From positions 9,885,601 through 9,949,600 of the forward strand of contig CAVNZM010000003.1 of assembly GCA_963693365.1 (NCBI GenBank): 64,000 nucleotides of DNA. Reading direction: 5' to 3'. Position numbers and translations under genes: made by a program. Positions 61,083 to 64,000 of this stretch are shown piece by piece. Position 1 is the first letter of the stretch; each line of letters begins with the position of its first letter. This stretch comes from Amoebidium appalachense. Lineage: Eukaryota; Protista; Ichthyosporea. The notes beneath the pieces were generated by a model. It worked only from the letters and a program-made list of their open reading frames with translations, was not told the DNA's origin and did no database searches.

Positions 61083-61718
61083 GGGGGGGGTGGGGGGGTG
61101 GGGGGTGGGGGGGGGGGGGGGGGGGGGGGGGGCCGGGGGGCGGCAGGCCCTTACGGTTCAGTATGTCGAAGCTCACACATGTGGTCGCTTGTACAGTACT
61201 CTGCTAGCTCAACACAAATAATGCGCTGGTTTTCCGGACTGCCTTGGCAATGATATATTTGGTAAATACTCATTTTATCCACCAATCGGAAGAAGATGGT
61301 GTGATGATCGGCATCACACATCTCTTCCTGTAGAAGCGACTATAAAAGTCGCGTTTTTCGCTTCTCTCAAACAGTCTTTTCCTCGCCGCTTCTCTTAGAA
61401 GAAGCGCGCGTTAGTGAGGCCGGTCTAGTGACCAAGACCAAAGCTTTTGAGCGCAGTGAGCGCTATAGTCAGTCGTGTAGGTCCCTAGACTTTAGCTATA
61501 ATAATAGGCCCAGGAACCGCAGATCATTGAGACCGGATGCGCTCATGAGTTTTGCAAAACCCAAGTAGGGTTGTGTTTTGGGGTTAAAGTTTGTGTAGCT
61601 GTAAGCACCTAGGCACGTCTGGCAACGTTAGCCCGTGTGGGCTGCTCGCGTGAGCATGTACAGCAGCAACGTGTGCTGCTCTCTAGTCCTAGTGTGGGCC
61701 CCGGCAGCCTAGTGGTCT

Positions 61719-62394
61719 GTGCGGGGGCGGCCGGTTATGTGTGCTCCCAGTAAGCCAGTGGGCGGGGTAGCACCTGCACCGCTCTATCAACGGGTGCGTG
61801 CGTGCCACGACGAGTGGGCGCGCGGTGGAGCAGCCAAGGACGTGCTCTTCTGGATTAAGTATGGCATCACACCCGAATGGTGCGCTGGGCCGCCACCTCC
61901 CCACGACATGGGGAGGTACCTAAACTTGGGCGAAGTTTCGGAGGAGGAGGCGTTGGTGGAAGTTGCGCGTTTAGTGGGTAAGGGCGCACTTGAACCCATC
62001 GACGAGTCCAGAAAGCATTGCGTGTCGACCACGTTTGGGGTGCGGAAACCAAACGGTAAAGTGCGGCTTATAATCGACACGCGCCCAGTGAATGAGTATG
62101 CCGTACAGCGGGGCCTCAAGTACGAGATGCTCAGTGACCTGCAGGTCATTGCTCAGCCAGGTGACCACGGCTTCAGTTTCGACCTGGAGGACGGCTACTT
62201 TGCGCTGGCAATTGCGCCACGGTGGCGTAAATATTTTCAGATTCGGGTTGGCTGCCAGCTGTATCAGTACACTGTGTTGCCTTTCGGCTATTCCCTCAGC
62301 CCATACTACTTCACGCGGCTCATGAAGGAGTTCGGTCGGCGTCTTCACCGGCGCGGTGTGCGCACGTTAGCGTTCTTGGACGACTGGTTGGTGA
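61719..62394 (+). mobile_element. Truncated reverse transcriptase of a DIRS-type (tyrosine-recombinase) retrotransposon
   Basis: FGVRKPNGKVRLIIDTRPVN, LKYEMLSDL, FSFDLEDGYF, YQYTVLPFGYSLSPYYFTRLM and AFLDDWL. Similarity ends just after the xLDD motif; no RNase H or YR seen. Confidence 0.85.
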
Positions 62395-62789
62395 CATATA
62401 CTAATCCGTCTCAGCAGATCAGCCTAAGTCTACGATCGAGATCGGGGGGGGGGGGGGGGGGGGGGGTGGCCCGGGTCCACAGATCATCAAGATCAAGTCC
62501 GGGGCCTCAAGATAGCTGTACAGCTGTGTGCATCTTGCCTCTGCCGGCGCAGGGCAGGACCACGTCAGCTGGAGCAGCCGACCAATAGAATTCTAATTAG
62601 TGTGTAGGATAGATCGTAGGAGGACTTAGGAATGTGATATGTTCGGGCAGAAGCCCTTTTGTAAATATTGGCAAGTTGATAGTGTATGTTGCCAAACGTA
62701 TTTATATATTTCGATGTAGAGGAAAGGGGGGAGGGAGGGGGGGGGAGGATACTAGTAATTGGTTTTTGAGGTTGTGTCTACCCTGCAGG

Positions 62790-63395
62790 TATAAAGATCA
62801 AGAGCCACCCGGGCCTCGATAAGACCGGTCTGCTGTGGTCTACCCTGGACAAGTTCTTTGTTCCCCCTGGCCAGGAGTTTGTGCCAAGCCCCTTCCTGGG
62901 CTCGGACCGCAGCAAGTGCCTCAAGTATGTGCCATTACAGACGCAGCTGCACCTGGCCTCCGTGTCCGAAGCACAGGCCCGCAACGTTGACCGTCATACA
63001 CTGCCTGTTCCACTGGGCTGCAAGGTGAAGGTGTACAACAGCTGCTACATCAGGCTGGGAGTGCCGGATGAGAGGGTGTGGCATAGAGTGGTGGCGTGTG
63101 ACCAGTTCTACGGGCGGCGTGACCGGTACGACGACATCGTGATCCAGGGTCAGGACGGAGTTTGGTACGCACGGACGGTGCTCCTATTTACGTGCGAGAC
63201 GGAGGAATGCGCTGAGGATGGCCAACCGGGGGCGTCGGAAAAGGTCTTGCACCAGCTTGCCTTTGTACGGTACTACACCGAGGTGGAGGTGGATCCCCTC
63301 ACAGGGTGCAAGAAACTCCAAGTGGAAATGACAGGGACGGGTGCCCGGAGGAGGCCCAGATACGACGTCATCGACGTGGAATCCATACTGGGGAT
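62790..63395 (+). mobile_element. Fragment resembling the C-terminal region of Plavaka (CACTA/EnSpm-related) transposon proteins
   Basis: ACDQFYGRRDRYDDIVI...WYARTVLLFTC...LAFVRYY...DPLTGC...YDVIDVESIL matches the remembered pattern A..xFxGxxRYDxV..ARxLLxF..ALVxW..DxxTG..xVIxxxSIL. It starts after a ctgcag acceptor and is cut off by AT-rich sequence. Confidence 0.6.
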
Positions 63396-63544
63396 GTTAA
63401 ATTATATAAGTATTGGTTTTATTTGTGGAAATTATTGACATAAATATTTTTCTGGGTAAACACGTAGGATGGGTGTCCGATATCAACAGACTTCGTTTCA
63501 TGTTTTAGCAGTTCGCGTTCGGCTGCCCGCATACGGGCACCTAT

Positions 63545-63670
63545 TAGCCGATCAAAACATCAGATTCCACAGATCACTAGACCGAGTTTGATTGGCTCAG
63601 GATCAGATTTCACATAACACTAGATCGATTTTGATTGGCTCAGATCGGTAGCCTTAGGTATATAAGCACG
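63545..63670 (+). promoter_or_regulatory. Duplicated tttgattggctcag (reverse CCAAT) motifs followed by a TATA-like tatataag
   Basis: Motifs at ~63587 and ~63630; TATA-like sequence at ~63659. Confidence 0.3.
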
Positions 63671-64000
63671 ACAGTTTTTAGCAGATCAGCAAGCAACAAA
63701 CACATCTTCTGTGTTTAGCACCTACAGCTTTACAGCTATATTTTTCTTTTTCACCCACCCACCTACACCCTACACTCAACCCCCATTGATCCCCACATAC
63801 GTGCTGTTTTTTCACGGGGCGAAGACTTCCCCCGTTTTTTGGGCACAAGGACCTCACGGATCAATAAATTGATGACTGGGGGCTTGCCGTGGTTTACAAC
63901 CATTGCAGGTTCACTTTCGTCCAAGGGGATGTCCCCCTAGAGGCAACACACGTCCCGGAGTAGTTTTCATAGATGGGATGTAAGCAGAGACACAGTGGTG

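Overview
Eukaryotic, intron-rich genomic DNA saturated with poly-C/poly-G, (CA)n/(GT)n and (GA)n tracts; almost all short ORFs in the track are microsatellite read-through, not genes. By splicing GT-AG exons by hand I reconstruct four genes: the 3' part of CCDC22 (+, 660-8771), a 4-exon KMO-like FAD monooxygenase (+, 11570-15532), a 26-exon DDB1 homologue (+, 18225-45069) and a class C (7tm_3)-type GPCR whose ectodomain looks like a bacterial family-1 solute-binding protein rather than a Venus flytrap (-, 46676-53871). There is also an uninterrupted triple-AP2 ORF, relics of DIRS, Plavaka and LINE elements, and a palindrome-filled MITE. The most striking unexplained signal is a family of more than 10 short, structured repeats with a fixed 3' end and variable 5' truncation, embedded in poly-C tracts; this is a candidate poly(C)-targeting non-LTR retroposon. 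Splice sites also look organised by microsatellites. The host is perhaps a unicellular opisthokont such as an ichthyosporean (weak inference). Family assignments come from remembered motifs, not database searches.
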